Source of the DNA: Candidatus Uhrbacteria bacterium | GTDB taxonomy: Bacteria; Patescibacteriota; Patescibacteriia; UBA9934; GWF2-40-263 | Assembly (NCBI GenBank): GCA_016219925.1 | Contig: JACRJU010000013.1 | Span: 102,566-166,565, forward strand | DNA: 64,000 bases | Direction of reading: 5' to 3' | Shown: positions 9,427 through 19,014 of the stretch, in pieces | How positions within the stretch are numbered: position 1 is the stretch's first letter | Layout: every line of letters begins with the position of its first letter | Notes under the pieces: generated by a model | What the model was told of the DNA's origin: nothing | Database searches by the model: none | The model's input: the letters and a program-made list of their open reading frames with translations, nothing else | Made by a program: the position numbers and the translations under genes

Positions 9427-11972
9427 TCACTTCTCTGTTGTACCAAACGGACGTGCAAGAACCACTGATCAATGCCATCAATCTGACGGACTTCTTTTGG
9501 TTGGCGTGGGTCATTTTGGCCGTGGCCGCACTCGTTGGGGGACTTTTTGTTTTGCGAGGGATCTTGCGACGCGTTTTTGAAGCGCGCAATGCGACGTTCA
9601 ATAGCAAGACGCTTTTAATCACCCTTCCGAAATTCCGTCGTGAAGAGGAGAGCGAGCGCGGACCTCAAAAAGAACAGGTGCAAGAAACCATTTCCGCGGC
9701 CGAAGCGATTTTCGCTTCCATTGGCGGACTCAAAGCTGAACGAGGAATTAAAGCGTGGCTGTTGGGACGATCCGATGAGCTGGCATTTGAAATTGTCTCC
9801 GAGCACAAGCTCATCAGATTTTATGTCACGATTCCCAAACACATGCAGAGCTTTGTCGAGCAACAAATTTCTGCGGCCTATCCTGATGCTTTTTTGGAAG
9901 AAGTCGAGGACTTTAATATTTTCACCCCGACAGGCACGATTCTTGGAAGTCACTTGGGTTTTTCACGTCCGAATGCGTTTCCGATCAAAACCTATCGCAA
10001 ACTCGATCAAGATCCGCTCAATTCCATCACGAATGTTCTTTCAAAAATTCCGGACGGCGATGCGGCAGCGTTTCAGTTTGTGGTGCGCTCGTCGTATAAG
10101 AAATGGCGATCGTATGGAGTGGATTTGGCCAAGCGCATGCAACAAGGCGTGAGTTTGGAAGATGCGTTACGCGGGAAGAAAAAGGGAGATAAAGGAACGC
10201 TTGAAAAGTGGGGGATTTCGAGCGGCTCGCAACAGAAAGAGCCAGAGCAGGAGTATCGCTTGTCGCCGCAAGAAGAAGAAATTGTGAAAGGGCTTCAAGA
10301 GAAGGCGAGCAAGGCCGGAATGGATGTCAGTCTTCGGCTGATTTCGTGTTCCCAAAACGCCGCGACCGCAGAGTCGATTTTGCAAAACATGCTCAACGCG
10401 TTTTCGCAGTACAATGTGTACGAATATGGCAACTCGTTTGTGAAGCAAATCCCGCGATCGAAAAAACGTTTGATCTCGCAGTTTATCTATCGAGTTGTTT
10501 CTGAAAAGAACAAAATTGTTATGAACGCTGAGGAGATGGCGAGTCTCTGGCACTTGCCGCTTCCATGGACAGAAACGCCAAACATCAAATGGCTCGGCGC
10601 GCGTTCCGCCGCCGCTCCGGCTTCGATTCCGGGTCCGGACGATGGCGATATTGAGTTGGGATACAACGTGTATCGGGGCATCAAAACACCGGTGTGGATG
10701 AAGGCCAAAGATCGCACCCGCCACATGTACATCATTGGGAAGTCCGGTTCGGGAAAATCTCAAATGATCGCAAACCTTGCCATTCAGGACATTCGCGCAG
10801 GCCATGGTGTTGCTGTGGTCGAGCCGCATGGAGATTTGATTGAGCATATTTTGGGAAACATTCCGCGCGAGCGTATTGATGATGTGGTCGTGTTTAACCC
10901 GTCGGATCTCGAGCGACCTATGGGACTCAATATGCTGGAGTCCAAAGACGAAACAATGAAAGATTTTGCGGTTCAAGAGATGATCGCCATTTTTTATAAA
11001 TTGTTTCCGCCGGAAATGATCGGCCCGATGTTTGAGCACAACATGCGAAACGTGATGCTCACGCTCATGGCGGATCCCAATCAACCCGGAACGATCGCCG
11101 AGATTCCACGCATGTTTTCAGACGAGGCGTTTCAAAAACAGTGGGTGGCCAAAGTGAAAGACCCGGTGGTGCGTTCGTTTTGGGAAAACGAAATGGCCAA
11201 GACGAGCGACTTCCATAAATCGGAGATGTTGGGGTATCTCATCTCAAAGGTTGGACGGTTTGTAGAAAATGAAATGATGAGAAACATCATCGGCCAACAG
11301 CACAATTCGTTTGACTTCCGGGAGATCATGGACAAGAAGAAAATTTTGCTTGTCAATCTGTCCAAAGGAAAAACCGGTGATGTCAACGCGGAGCTTTTGG
11401 GACTCATCATCGTGTCGAAACTTCAGATGGCGGCGCTCACTCGCGCGGACATTCCGGAAGATCAACGCCACGACTTCTATTTGTACATCGACGAGTTCCA
11501 AAACTTCATTACCGATTCGATCGCAACTATTTTGTCAGAGGCGCGCAAGTATCGCTTGAATCTCATCATCGCTCATCAGTATATCGGCCAGCTTGTAAAA
11601 AATAATGATACGAAGATTAAGGAAGCGGTGTTCGGAAACGTTGGAACAACTTTTGTGGCGCGTATCGGTCCCGAAGATGTCGAGACACTCGAGAAGATGT
11701 ATTCGCCAGATTTTTCGGGATATGACCTGATCAACTCGGATAAATTTACGTGGTACGTGAAGATGATCGTCGATAATGCTCAACAAAAGCCGTTTACTCT
11801 CAAGTTCAATACGCCACCTTCAGGAGATCGGGAACTCGCCGAAGGGATCAAAGAACTTTCTCGCCTGAAATTCGGACATGACCGACGATTGGTCGAAGCG
11901 GATATTCTTGAACGCACACAACTTGGAGGCCCAACGCGCATGCAACAACCGCCAGCCATTGGAGAAAAATAA
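9423..11972 (+). CDS. VirD4/TraD/HerA-like type IV coupling ATPase (T4SS DNA-binding domain protein)
   Basis: N-terminal TM, RHMYIIGKSGSGKS Walker A, EPHGD, LYIDEFQNF Walker B, SEARKYRL. Confidence 0.9.
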   Translation: MITSLLYQTDVQEPLINAINLTDFFWLAWVILAVAALVGGLFVLRGILRRVFEARNATFNSKTLLITLPKFRREEESERGPQKEQVQETISAAEAIFASIGGLKAERGIKAWLLGRSDELAFEIVSEHKLIRFYVTIPKHMQSFVEQQISAAYPDAFLEEVEDFNIFTPTGTILGSHLGFSRPNAFPIKTYRKLDQDPLNSITNVLSKIPDGDAAAFQFVVRSSYKKWRSYGVDLAKRMQQGVSLEDALRGKKKGDKGTLEKWGISSGSQQKEPEQEYRLSPQEEEIVKGLQEKASKAGMDVSLRLISCSQNAATAESILQNMLNAFSQYNVYEYGNSFVKQIPRSKKRLISQFIYRVVSEKNKIVMNAEEMASLWHLPLPWTETPNIKWLGARSAAAPASIPGPDDGDIELGYNVYRGIKTPVWMKAKDRTRHMYIIGKSGSGKSQMIANLAIQDIRAGHGVAVVEPHGDLIEHILGNIPRERIDDVVVFNPSDLERPMGLNMLESKDETMKDFAVQEMIAIFYKLFPPEMIGPMFEHNMRNVMLTLMADPNQPGTIAEIPRMFSDEAFQKQWVAKVKDPVVRSFWENEMAKTSDFHKSEMLGYLISKVGRFVENEMMRNIIGQQHNSFDFREIMDKKKILLVNLSKGKTGDVNAELLGLIIVSKLQMAALTRADIPEDQRHDFYLYIDEFQNFITDSIATILSEARKYRLNLIIAHQYIGQLVKNNDTKIKEAVFGNVGTTFVARIGPEDVETLEKMYSPDFSGYDLINSDKFTWYVKMIVDNAQQKPFTLKFNTPPSGDRELAEGIKELSRLKFGHDRRLVEADILERTQLGGPTRMQQPPAIGEK

Positions 11973-11974
11973 TT

Positions 11975-12601
11975 ATGCCAGACGATCTCGAATATTTTGA
12001 ACAGCCATTTGAATCCGAACCGGATGTCGACGCTCACGCGAATCAGCGGGAATATGCGGACGTCAAAAATCAGCTTGCGGTTCAGATGCTCAAAAAAATG
12101 CGCGACAGTCTCACACATGTGATTCAGTTGCTTGAGGACGGGGATGCGCCGCGTGCCACGCGTCGGCTTGTTGATTTGGTGACACATCAAAAATCGTTTG
12201 AATCGAAATTGCAATCGCAAACAGGCAGTCGGGTCGTTGAAGGGGTTTTTGATGGACTCGCCATGGTTGGAGCGGACGGGGCGCGTTATGACGTATCGGC
12301 GAACTATGCTTCAAAATCTCGGCTCGTCGAAGGGGATATGCTCAAGCTCACCATTCAGCCCGATGGGACGTATGTGTTCAAGCAAATCGGACCGGTCGAA
12401 CGCGAGCGCCTCGTCGGTAAATTGCATCTCGATCCATCCACACAAGAACACGTTGTTCACTGCGGGGATCAGGTGTATAACGTGCTCACCGCTAGTGTGA
12501 CGTATCATAAAGGCATGCCGGGCGATGAGATGGTGATTGTGGTTCCGCGAGGAGGGCAATGCCGATGGGCGGCGGTTGAAAATATCGTGAATACCTCCTA
12601 G
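11975..12601 (+). CDS. Conserved hypothetical protein
   Basis: 208-aa ORF with VVEGVFDG, NYASKSRLVEGD and FKQIGPVER motifs; tightly packed in the operon. Confidence 0.7.
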   Translation: MPDDLEYFEQPFESEPDVDAHANQREYADVKNQLAVQMLKKMRDSLTHVIQLLEDGDAPRATRRLVDLVTHQKSFESKLQSQTGSRVVEGVFDGLAMVGADGARYDVSANYASKSRLVEGDMLKLTIQPDGTYVFKQIGPVERERLVGKLHLDPSTQEHVVHCGDQVYNVLTASVTYHKGMPGDEMVIVVPRGGQCRWAAVENIVNTS

Positions 12602-12605
12602 AGAT

Positions 12606-14090
12606 ATGGCCCAAGCGCTCTATCGCATCTATCGCCCCGCGACGTTTGCAGACGTGGTTGGGCAGGAACCTGTTGCGACAACCATTCAAAATCAATTTCG
12701 CACCGGTCATCTGGCGCACGCATATGTGTTTACGGGACCGCGCGGCATCGGGAAGACCACCATGGCGCGGCTGGTGGCCAAATTGGCCAACTGCGAACAG
12801 CCAAAAGACGCCGAACCGTGCAATGCTTGTGAGGCGTGCCGGGAAATCGCTTCGGGAACATCGTTGGACGTTTTTGAAATTGATGCCGCGTCCAACACGG
12901 ATGTGGAAAACGTGCGCGAGAATATCATCAAGAGCGTGCGTTTTGCTCCCAATCGGTTGAAGAAAAAAGTTTTCATCATCGACGAGGTGCACATGCTTTC
13001 CACTTCGGCATTCAATGCGCTTTTGAAGACCCTTGAAGAGCCGCCTGAACATGTGCTGTTTGTTTTGGCCACGACGGAAATTCACAAAGTTCCTGAAACG
13101 ATCATCAGTCGCTGTCAGCGGTTTGATTTTCGCCGCATCCTACCTGAAGTTTTGCTTAAACGTTTGCAATACATCGTCAAACAAGAGCACGTCGATGTCG
13201 AGACTGATGTGCTTGAGCAGATCGTCAAACATTCTGGCGGGTGCGCACGCGATGCGGAAAGTTTGCTCGGCCAGGTATTGGCTTTGGGAGACAAAAAAAT
13301 CACCATGCAGGAAGCTAGCCTTGTTCTCCCCGCCAGCAACGAGATGATGGTGAAGCAGTTTTTAGACCTGCTATATCAGAAAAATGCCGCTGGTGCTGTG
13401 AGTGATCTGAACACCTTTCTTGAACAAGGGGTGGACCTGAAAGTTTTTATGGACGATATGCTTGAGGCTTTGCGAGCTCGATTATTCGGTCCAGAATCGG
13501 TGTTTGTCCGAGAAGCGCTCGAGCGGTTTTTGGAAGCTCGAGCTCAAATAAAAACAGATCATCTTCCTCAACTACCGATTGAACTCGCGATTGTGGAGTT
13601 GTGCGACCCTGTTCTGTCATCCCGAGCGACCACGCCTTCGGCGGGAGAACCGAGGGATCTCCCCGAGGATTTTAAATATCAGGGGGTTGATTCTGATTAT
13701 GTCGCCCCTATCATTGAGAGGCCAGCTGAGCGGGCCGAAGCAATCTCCGCAGATTCTACTGTTTTCGACACAATCCCCATTATTTCTCTCGACGAGGTTC
13801 GTAAAAAGTGGCCCCAAGTGTTCGAACAAATTCGGGAATGTAACGCATCGCTTCCGCTGTTTATGCAGACGTGTGAGGTATGCGGAGTGAACGGTGAGCA
13901 TGTTGAGTTGGGTTTTGGTTATGATCTCTACGTCCAAACCGTCAACAAAGATAAGAATCGTCGCGTGATCGAAGAGGCGTTTGAGAGGGTATTGGGCAGG
14001 CCGATGAAAGTCAAAGCGGTTGTAAAAAAGATGGCCGAGGACGAAACCGTTATTCAATTGATCGAACAATTTGGAGGGAGTATAGGATAA
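12606..14090 (+). CDS. dnaX: DNA polymerase III subunit gamma/tau
   Basis: ALYRIYRP, GPRGIGKTT, Zn Cys cluster, EIDAASN, IIDEVHML, LKTLEEPP, SRCQRF. Confidence 0.97.
   Translation: MAQALYRIYRPATFADVVGQEPVATTIQNQFRTGHLAHAYVFTGPRGIGKTTMARLVAKLANCEQPKDAEPCNACEACREIASGTSLDVFEIDAASNTDVENVRENIIKSVRFAPNRLKKKVFIIDEVHMLSTSAFNALLKTLEEPPEHVLFVLATTEIHKVPETIISRCQRFDFRRILPEVLLKRLQYIVKQEHVDVETDVLEQIVKHSGGCARDAESLLGQVLALGDKKITMQEASLVLPASNEMMVKQFLDLLYQKNAAGAVSDLNTFLEQGVDLKVFMDDMLEALRARLFGPESVFVREALERFLEARAQIKTDHLPQLPIELAIVELCDPVLSSRATTPSAGEPRDLPEDFKYQGVDSDYVAPIIERPAERAEAISADSTVFDTIPIISLDEVRKKWPQVFEQIRECNASLPLFMQTCEVCGVNGEHVELGFGYDLYVQTVNKDKNRRVIEEAFERVLGRPMKVKAVVKKMAEDETVIQLIEQFGGSIG
13616..13748 (+). repeat. 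Two REP-like palindromes embedded in-frame in the dnaX linker
   Basis: GTCATCCCGAGCGAC..CGAGGGATCTC (13616-13661) and TCATTGAGAGG..CGAAGCAATCTC (13711-13747). Confidence 0.6.
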
Positions 14091-14183
14091 AAGAATGCGG
14101 GCTCTCTGGCATTCGAATATCTGTCGTAAAAAGTAAGACGTTCACCAAAAATAAATCACCCACCGTTGGTGAGTGATTTACTT

Positions 14184-14257
14184 TGGTTCCCGGACAGGGA
14201 TTCGAACCCCGATTAAGTGGACCAGAACCACTCGTCCTGCCGTTAGACGATCCGGGA
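14184..14257 (-). tRNA. tRNA-Gln(CTG)
   Basis: Reverse complement tcccgga..agtgg-ttCTGgt-ccact..ggttcgaatcc..tccgggaacca; encoded CCA; terminator hairpin at about 14150-14183. Confidence 0.95.
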
Positions 14258-14353
14258 GCGAAATGAGAGGAAAGCTAGACCACGCGAGTGGTCGGGCTTT
14301 CCCGAGTGAGTGTACCGGTATATGATCGGAGATCATCTCTGGGAGCTCGGCTC

Positions 14354-15304
14354 TCATTTACTAGAAGAAGGCGCGGAAAATATACCATTCACTTTAGCGA
14401 CCGTCAACGATTCGCCGATGTGTTTTATTTGGTGTTGCTGAATGGTGTAGCGCATGATCGCTTCTGCTACGTCCACTCCCGTTGCTCTTTCAAGTTCGGC
14501 AAAACCGGGGTTTGCGTTCACCTCAAGAACGAGTGGGCCACGGACAGAACGGATCAAATCAACGCCTGCGATCTCAAGTTCAAATGTTTTGGCAACACGC
14601 AGAGCCAATATCCGCTCGTCTGGCGAGAGCTCGACAGGTGTTCCCACACCACCGTGTGTGGCATTAGCGCGTACATCGCGTTCAGGGGCGGTGCGTTCCA
14701 TCGCGGCAACAATCTCACTGCCGACAACAAACACCCGCAAATCTTTTCGCTGTGCTTCTGCCACGAACTGCTGAACGAGGATTGGATTTCGATCGCGGAT
14801 GTTCAGATAATCCGCAATGGGCCCAAACGTTTCCTCGGAGTCCGCATAAAATACGCCCGATCCGACGGTTCCGAATGCGACTTTGATGATCACTGGGAAT
14901 CCCAGGCGCCGCGCCCCGTCTATCGCAAGGTCTGGCCTTTTGCAAATCACACTGGATGGATACGGAATGCCGAGCTGTTCGAACTGTTGAATCTGCTCGA
15001 TCTTATTTTTGGCTGGACCATAGGACCGCAAGCCGTTGATCACGCGATACCCCTGTGTTAAAAGGGCGCGCACCACGTGCGCGTGCAGTCCGGGCTCCTC
15101 AATAAAATTGGGCCGCGCAATAATAACATCCACCTGCGGCATGGCCTTTCCTTCATACCAAATTTCAGAGCCGGATAAACTAAAATAGGGTTCATACAAA
15201 TGAACAATCTGATGACCCATTTGAGTCGCCGCTTGTGTGAGTCGTTCCACCCCTGCGTATTGCTCGTCTTTGGGGGTGGAGAAGATAAGGATTCCGATGA
15301 TCAT
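14354..15304 (-). CDS. rimK: RimK family ATP-grasp ligase
   Basis: GFPVIIK, GTVGSGV, DLRVFVVG, RANATHGG, AGVDLI, LEVNANPG. Confidence 0.88.
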   Translation of the reverse strand: MIIGILIFSTPKDEQYAGVERLTQAATQMGHQIVHLYEPYFSLSGSEIWYEGKAMPQVDVIIARPNFIEEPGLHAHVVRALLTQGYRVINGLRSYGPAKNKIEQIQQFEQLGIPYPSSVICKRPDLAIDGARRLGFPVIIKVAFGTVGSGVFYADSEETFGPIADYLNIRDRNPILVQQFVAEAQRKDLRVFVVGSEIVAAMERTAPERDVRANATHGGVGTPVELSPDERILALRVAKTFELEIAGVDLIRSVRGPLVLEVNANPGFAELERATGVDVAEAIMRYTIQQHQIKHIGESLTVAKVNGIFSAPSSSK

Positions 15305-15317
15305 AGAAGTGGTGAAA

Positions 15318-16361
15318 TTATTTCGCCATGAAGAGTCGTTGAGTCGCCATCGGATGCAAAGCATCACGAGAAGAGAGGGCGTTGTTGCGCAATCCGTCGG
15401 CAAACATTTCGTCTAAGATATCTTCCACCTCACCTGGTGTGGTTGTTGTATGCAAGCGTTCTTTGAATCGTTTGGCTCCCTCGATGCCGCGGAAGTACCA
15501 GCTCAAGTGCTTGCGAAACGTGACGACTCCAGAGGGTCCATACTGTTCCACATGAAAAGCGAGATGGCGCTTGATGGTCTCGATGCGCTCGCGCAGAGTG
15601 ATAGCCGCAGGCGTACGTGAAGCGAGCAAGTCGCCAATCTGATTGAAGATCCAAGGATTTCCCAAAGCGCCTCGCGCGATCAAAACGCCATCACATCCCG
15701 TTTGGTCAAGCGCATCCAAAGTCAACGGCGCCGTGTGGATATCTCCATTAGCCAAAACGGGGATCGAAACGGCCTGTTTGACTTGCGCGATCCGATCCCA
15801 ATCAGACGATCCGGCATAGCCTTGAACTTTTGTGCGGCCATGGATAGTGATGAGATCCGCTCCAGCCTCTTCGATCACGTGCGCGAAGTCGAGGCACTCA
15901 GTCGGGTTGCTCCATCCGGCGCGAATTTTAATCGAAAGAGGAACCGTGATCGCCGCCTTCATTTTTTTAATGATGGCTATGGCGAGCCCCGGTTCTTTCA
16001 TGAGTGCCGCGCCGTTAAAGTTGTGCACAATTTTATAGACGGGACATCCCATATTAACATCAAACCCTTCTGGATGGTGCTCGGCCTCTATGAGGCGCGC
16101 GGCCTCTGCCATCGTGTCGGGATCACTCCCAAACAATTGTTGGACGATTGGTCGCTCATTAGGATGGATCTGTGTCATGTTGAGCGTCTTTTCGTTGCCA
16201 CGCACGACGGCTTCCGCACTCACCATTTCTCGAAAGACGATGACAGAAGAAGTGTCTTGAGTAACACAACGCACCGTACGACAAAATGCCGAGTCGGTCA
16301 TGTCAGCCATCGGCGAAAGCGCAATGATAGGGCGGGAGAGTGTTTTCCAATTGAGCGCCAC
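15318..16361 (-). CDS. dusB: tRNA-dihydrouridine synthase
   Basis: LSPMADMTD, DVNMGCP, GAALMK, IHGRT, ANGDI, RGALGNPW; probable GTG start at 16361. Confidence 0.92.
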   Translation of the reverse strand: MALNWKTLSRPIIALSPMADMTDSAFCRTVRCVTQDTSSVIVFREMVSAEAVVRGNEKTLNMTQIHPNERPIVQQLFGSDPDTMAEAARLIEAEHHPEGFDVNMGCPVYKIVHNFNGAALMKEPGLAIAIIKKMKAAITVPLSIKIRAGWSNPTECLDFAHVIEEAGADLITIHGRTKVQGYAGSSDWDRIAQVKQAVSIPVLANGDIHTAPLTLDALDQTGCDGVLIARGALGNPWIFNQIGDLLASRTPAAITLRERIETIKRHLAFHVEQYGPSGVVTFRKHLSWYFRGIEGAKRFKERLHTTTTPGEVEDILDEMFADGLRNNALSSRDALHPMATQRLFMAK

Positions 16362-16557
16362 AGCTGAAGAATAGTAGGAGAAAAATGCAAAACAATCAAG
16401 ATGTGGGTATAATAAAGTTATCAATTAACATCCACCAACAGACGGGCGGGTGGCGGCGACCAGGTCCCCTCTTTGCGAGCGATGTGCGAGCCTAAGAGGG
16501 TGGCCGACGACAGGCCCCGCCCAGATGGGTAAAAATTTTGACCGTAAATATCATTTT

Positions 16558-16950
16558 ATGTCCCACTCCCACTCTTCAGCCAACTATCTTTATCTGCTCG
16601 CCGCTTTTATCATTATCGTCCTTCTTGTCGTCGTGGCGTCCCGTGGCGCGAAGCCGTCTCGCTACGACTCCTTCGCCCAGTGTCTGACAGATAATGGCGT
16701 GAAGATGTTTGGCGCGTGGTGGTGTCCGCATTGTGCGAATCAGAAAAAAGAATTTGAAGGCGCTTTTGATAAGATCAATTATACCGAATGTTCCGAACCG
16801 GGCTCGCAGGCGATGAATCAAACTTGTAAAGACGCTGGGATTGAAGGCTATCCGACATGGGAATTTAAAGACGCCTCCCGACTTTCTGGTGAACAGACTC
16901 TTGAGACGCTCGGACAAAAAGCGGACTGTTCTCTGCCGACCAACCCATAG
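16558..16950 (+). CDS. Membrane-anchored thioredoxin-like protein (VKOR partner)
   Basis: N-terminal TM, FGAWWCPHC, IEGYPTW; directly upstream of VKOR. Confidence 0.85.
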   Translation: MSHSHSSANYLYLLAAFIIIVLLVVVASRGAKPSRYDSFAQCLTDNGVKMFGAWWCPHCANQKKEFEGAFDKINYTECSEPGSQAMNQTCKDAGIEGYPTWEFKDASRLSGEQTLETLGQKADCSLPTNP

Positions 16951-16952
16951 GT

Positions 16953-17405
16953 ATGTCGGCTCGAATTATCCCATGGATTCTTGCGGCGTCTTTGCTCGGA
17001 CTTGCGATTTCTTCGTATTCGTTTTTGCACAACCGCGGTTTCACTTCCGGCTCGTTTTGCACGATCAATGAAACCGTCAATTGCGACGTGGTAAACAAAG
17101 GCGCATACTCAACAGTTGTCGGCATCCCTGTTGCGCTCGTGGGAGTGTTGGGTTACGGCTTTCTGGTTTTAGCCTCCATTCTCAAAGTGCGCGCCCCGCA
17201 CGATCGCCAACTCACACGCGTTTTACTCATCGCGAGCGTTCTCGGACTTGCCTTCAGTCTATACCTCACCTCGCTGGAGGCCTTCGTTCTGCATGCGTGG
17301 TGTCTGCTGTGTGTAAGTTCACAGATTATGATTATTCTTATTGTCATTCTCACAAGCTATCTTACTTATCACGAATCGTATGACCACCGAATTTCTCAAT
17401 CTTGA
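16953..17405 (+). CDS. Vitamin K epoxide reductase (VKOR) family protein
   Basis: C-x7-C loop pair, GIPVA, WCLLC active site, about 5 TM helices. Confidence 0.9.
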   Translation: MSARIIPWILAASLLGLAISSYSFLHNRGFTSGSFCTINETVNCDVVNKGAYSTVVGIPVALVGVLGYGFLVLASILKVRAPHDRQLTRVLLIASVLGLAFSLYLTSLEAFVLHAWCLLCVSSQIMIILIVILTSYLTYHESYDHRISQS

Positions 17406-17604
17406 TATTGATGCCTTTTTTGAAGAGACCGTCGCGCGAGGACGCGAACAGGGCGTCGTGGATCAACCCAGCTATGATGATTTGGTTGAGCAGGTGATCG
17501 AACAGCACCGTTCGCTTGGCGAGATTCATGACGACGAACCGACCGAGGATATGGAAGAGCAGTTGCGCGGGCGATGGGAGGAGTATCTTGAACGCGTTGC
17601 TTGA
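17380..17604 (+). CDS. Small acidic hypothetical protein
   Basis: 74-aa ORF filling the gap between VKOR and the MBL gene. Confidence 0.6.
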   Translation: MTTEFLNLDIDAFFEETVARGREQGVVDQPSYDDLVEQVIEQHRSLGEIHDDEPTEDMEEQLRGRWEEYLERVA

Positions 17605-17608
17605 TCGT

Positions 17609-18979
17609 ATGAAATTGTCTTTTCATGGAGCCGTTCGCGAGGTGACAGGATCGTGCATGCACCTCAAGGTGAAAGATACCGCGGGCGTAGAACACCGGTA
17701 TCTTTTTGATTGCGGGATGTTTCAAGGTGAGCATTTGTGCGGCGATAAAAACATGCGGCCGTTTGCTTTTGATCCCAAACACGTTGAAGCGGTTTTTGTG
17801 ACACACCCGCACGCAGACCACAATGGTCGGTTGCCTAAATTGATTAAAGAAGGATTTGCCGGACCAATTTATATGACCCCGCCTTGCACAGCGCTCTCGA
17901 GGCTCGTGTTGGAAGACGCTCATCACATCATGGCCGAGGAAGCGGAGAAATGCGGAAGTTCCGTGCTATATGAATTGGCGGACCTTTTGGGAACGTTTGA
18001 TCGCGTCAAAACCGTCGGCTATCACGAAGAGGTTGCGCCGGCGCCCGGCATCAAGATTTATTTTCATGAAGCGGGCCATGTGCTCGGCTCGGCCTATATC
18101 TCCGTTGAAGCAGAAGGCAAGCGGGTGATTTTTTCGGGAGACATTGGTAACGATGATGTGCCGATTCTTCCGCAGACCGAGGCGATCTCGCGCGCGGATG
18201 TCGTCGTGTGTGAATCCACCTATGGACATCGCGTCCACGAACCGATCGCCGAGCGCGAAACCAAACTGCGCGGTGCGCTTGAAGAAGTCATGACGAACAA
18301 AGGGGTTCTGCTCATTCCGGCGTTTTCCATTGAGCGCACACAAGAACTTCTTTACGCCTTGGATCGCCTGCTTGAGCATGAACTCAAGACAACCATGCCC
18401 ATTTTTCTTGATAGCCCGATGGCCATCAAAGCGACACAAGTGTATCGCGATTTCAAAGAGTACTTGCGGTTTGACTCGCCTATTTTGCAGGAGGCGGATC
18501 GTGATTTTTTCAGCTTCAAAAATTTGCGCGAAACGCTTACGGTTGAAGAATCCAAAGCCATTAACAATGTGCCCGCGCCTAAAGTGATTATCGCCGGTTC
18601 TGGCATGATGTCAGGCGGGCGTATCATGCATCACCTCATTCGTTATCTTCCCGATCCTTCCACGCGTCTGCTCATCATCGGTTATCAAGCCACCGGAACC
18701 ATTGGGCGCAAAATTTACGAGGGGGAAAAGCGCGTGCGTATTTTTGGCCAATCGGTTGAAGTGAAGGCAAAGACCGCCGCGATCGGTGCGTTTTCCGCGC
18801 ACGGCGATATGAACAAGCTCACACGCTGGCTGCATCCGGAATCCGGCAAAATTCCCACTGAAATTTTCCTCACACACGGGGACAGTGACGCGAAAGAAGT
18901 GTTTGCCACGCATTTGCGTCACGAGCTCGGCACGCAAGTCGTCATTCCAGAGTTCGAAAGCGAACATGAGATCTCGTGA
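17609..18979 (+). CDS. MBL-fold beta-CASP RNase (Ysh1/CPSF-like)
   Basis: GAVREVTGS, DCGMFQG, THPHADHNG, AGHVLGS, ESTYG, FSAHGD, THGD. Confidence 0.93.
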   Translation: MKLSFHGAVREVTGSCMHLKVKDTAGVEHRYLFDCGMFQGEHLCGDKNMRPFAFDPKHVEAVFVTHPHADHNGRLPKLIKEGFAGPIYMTPPCTALSRLVLEDAHHIMAEEAEKCGSSVLYELADLLGTFDRVKTVGYHEEVAPAPGIKIYFHEAGHVLGSAYISVEAEGKRVIFSGDIGNDDVPILPQTEAISRADVVVCESTYGHRVHEPIAERETKLRGALEEVMTNKGVLLIPAFSIERTQELLYALDRLLEHELKTTMPIFLDSPMAIKATQVYRDFKEYLRFDSPILQEADRDFFSFKNLRETLTVEESKAINNVPAPKVIIAGSGMMSGGRIMHHLIRYLPDPSTRLLIIGYQATGTIGRKIYEGEKRVRIFGQSVEVKAKTAAIGAFSAHGDMNKLTRWLHPESGKIPTEIFLTHGDSDAKEVFATHLRHELGTQVVIPEFESEHEIS

Positions 18980-19014
18980 CAATCTTTTTGAGAAAGGATA
19001 GGATGCTTTCGGCT

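Noticed and set aside
14024-14030. A AAA AAG slippery heptamer in dnaX
   Set aside because: Lies only about 20 codons from the stop, not at the gamma/tau boundary, and has no evident stimulatory SD or hairpin.
14288-15061. 257-aa plus-strand ORF
   Set aside because: Antisense to the well-supported RimK-family gene.
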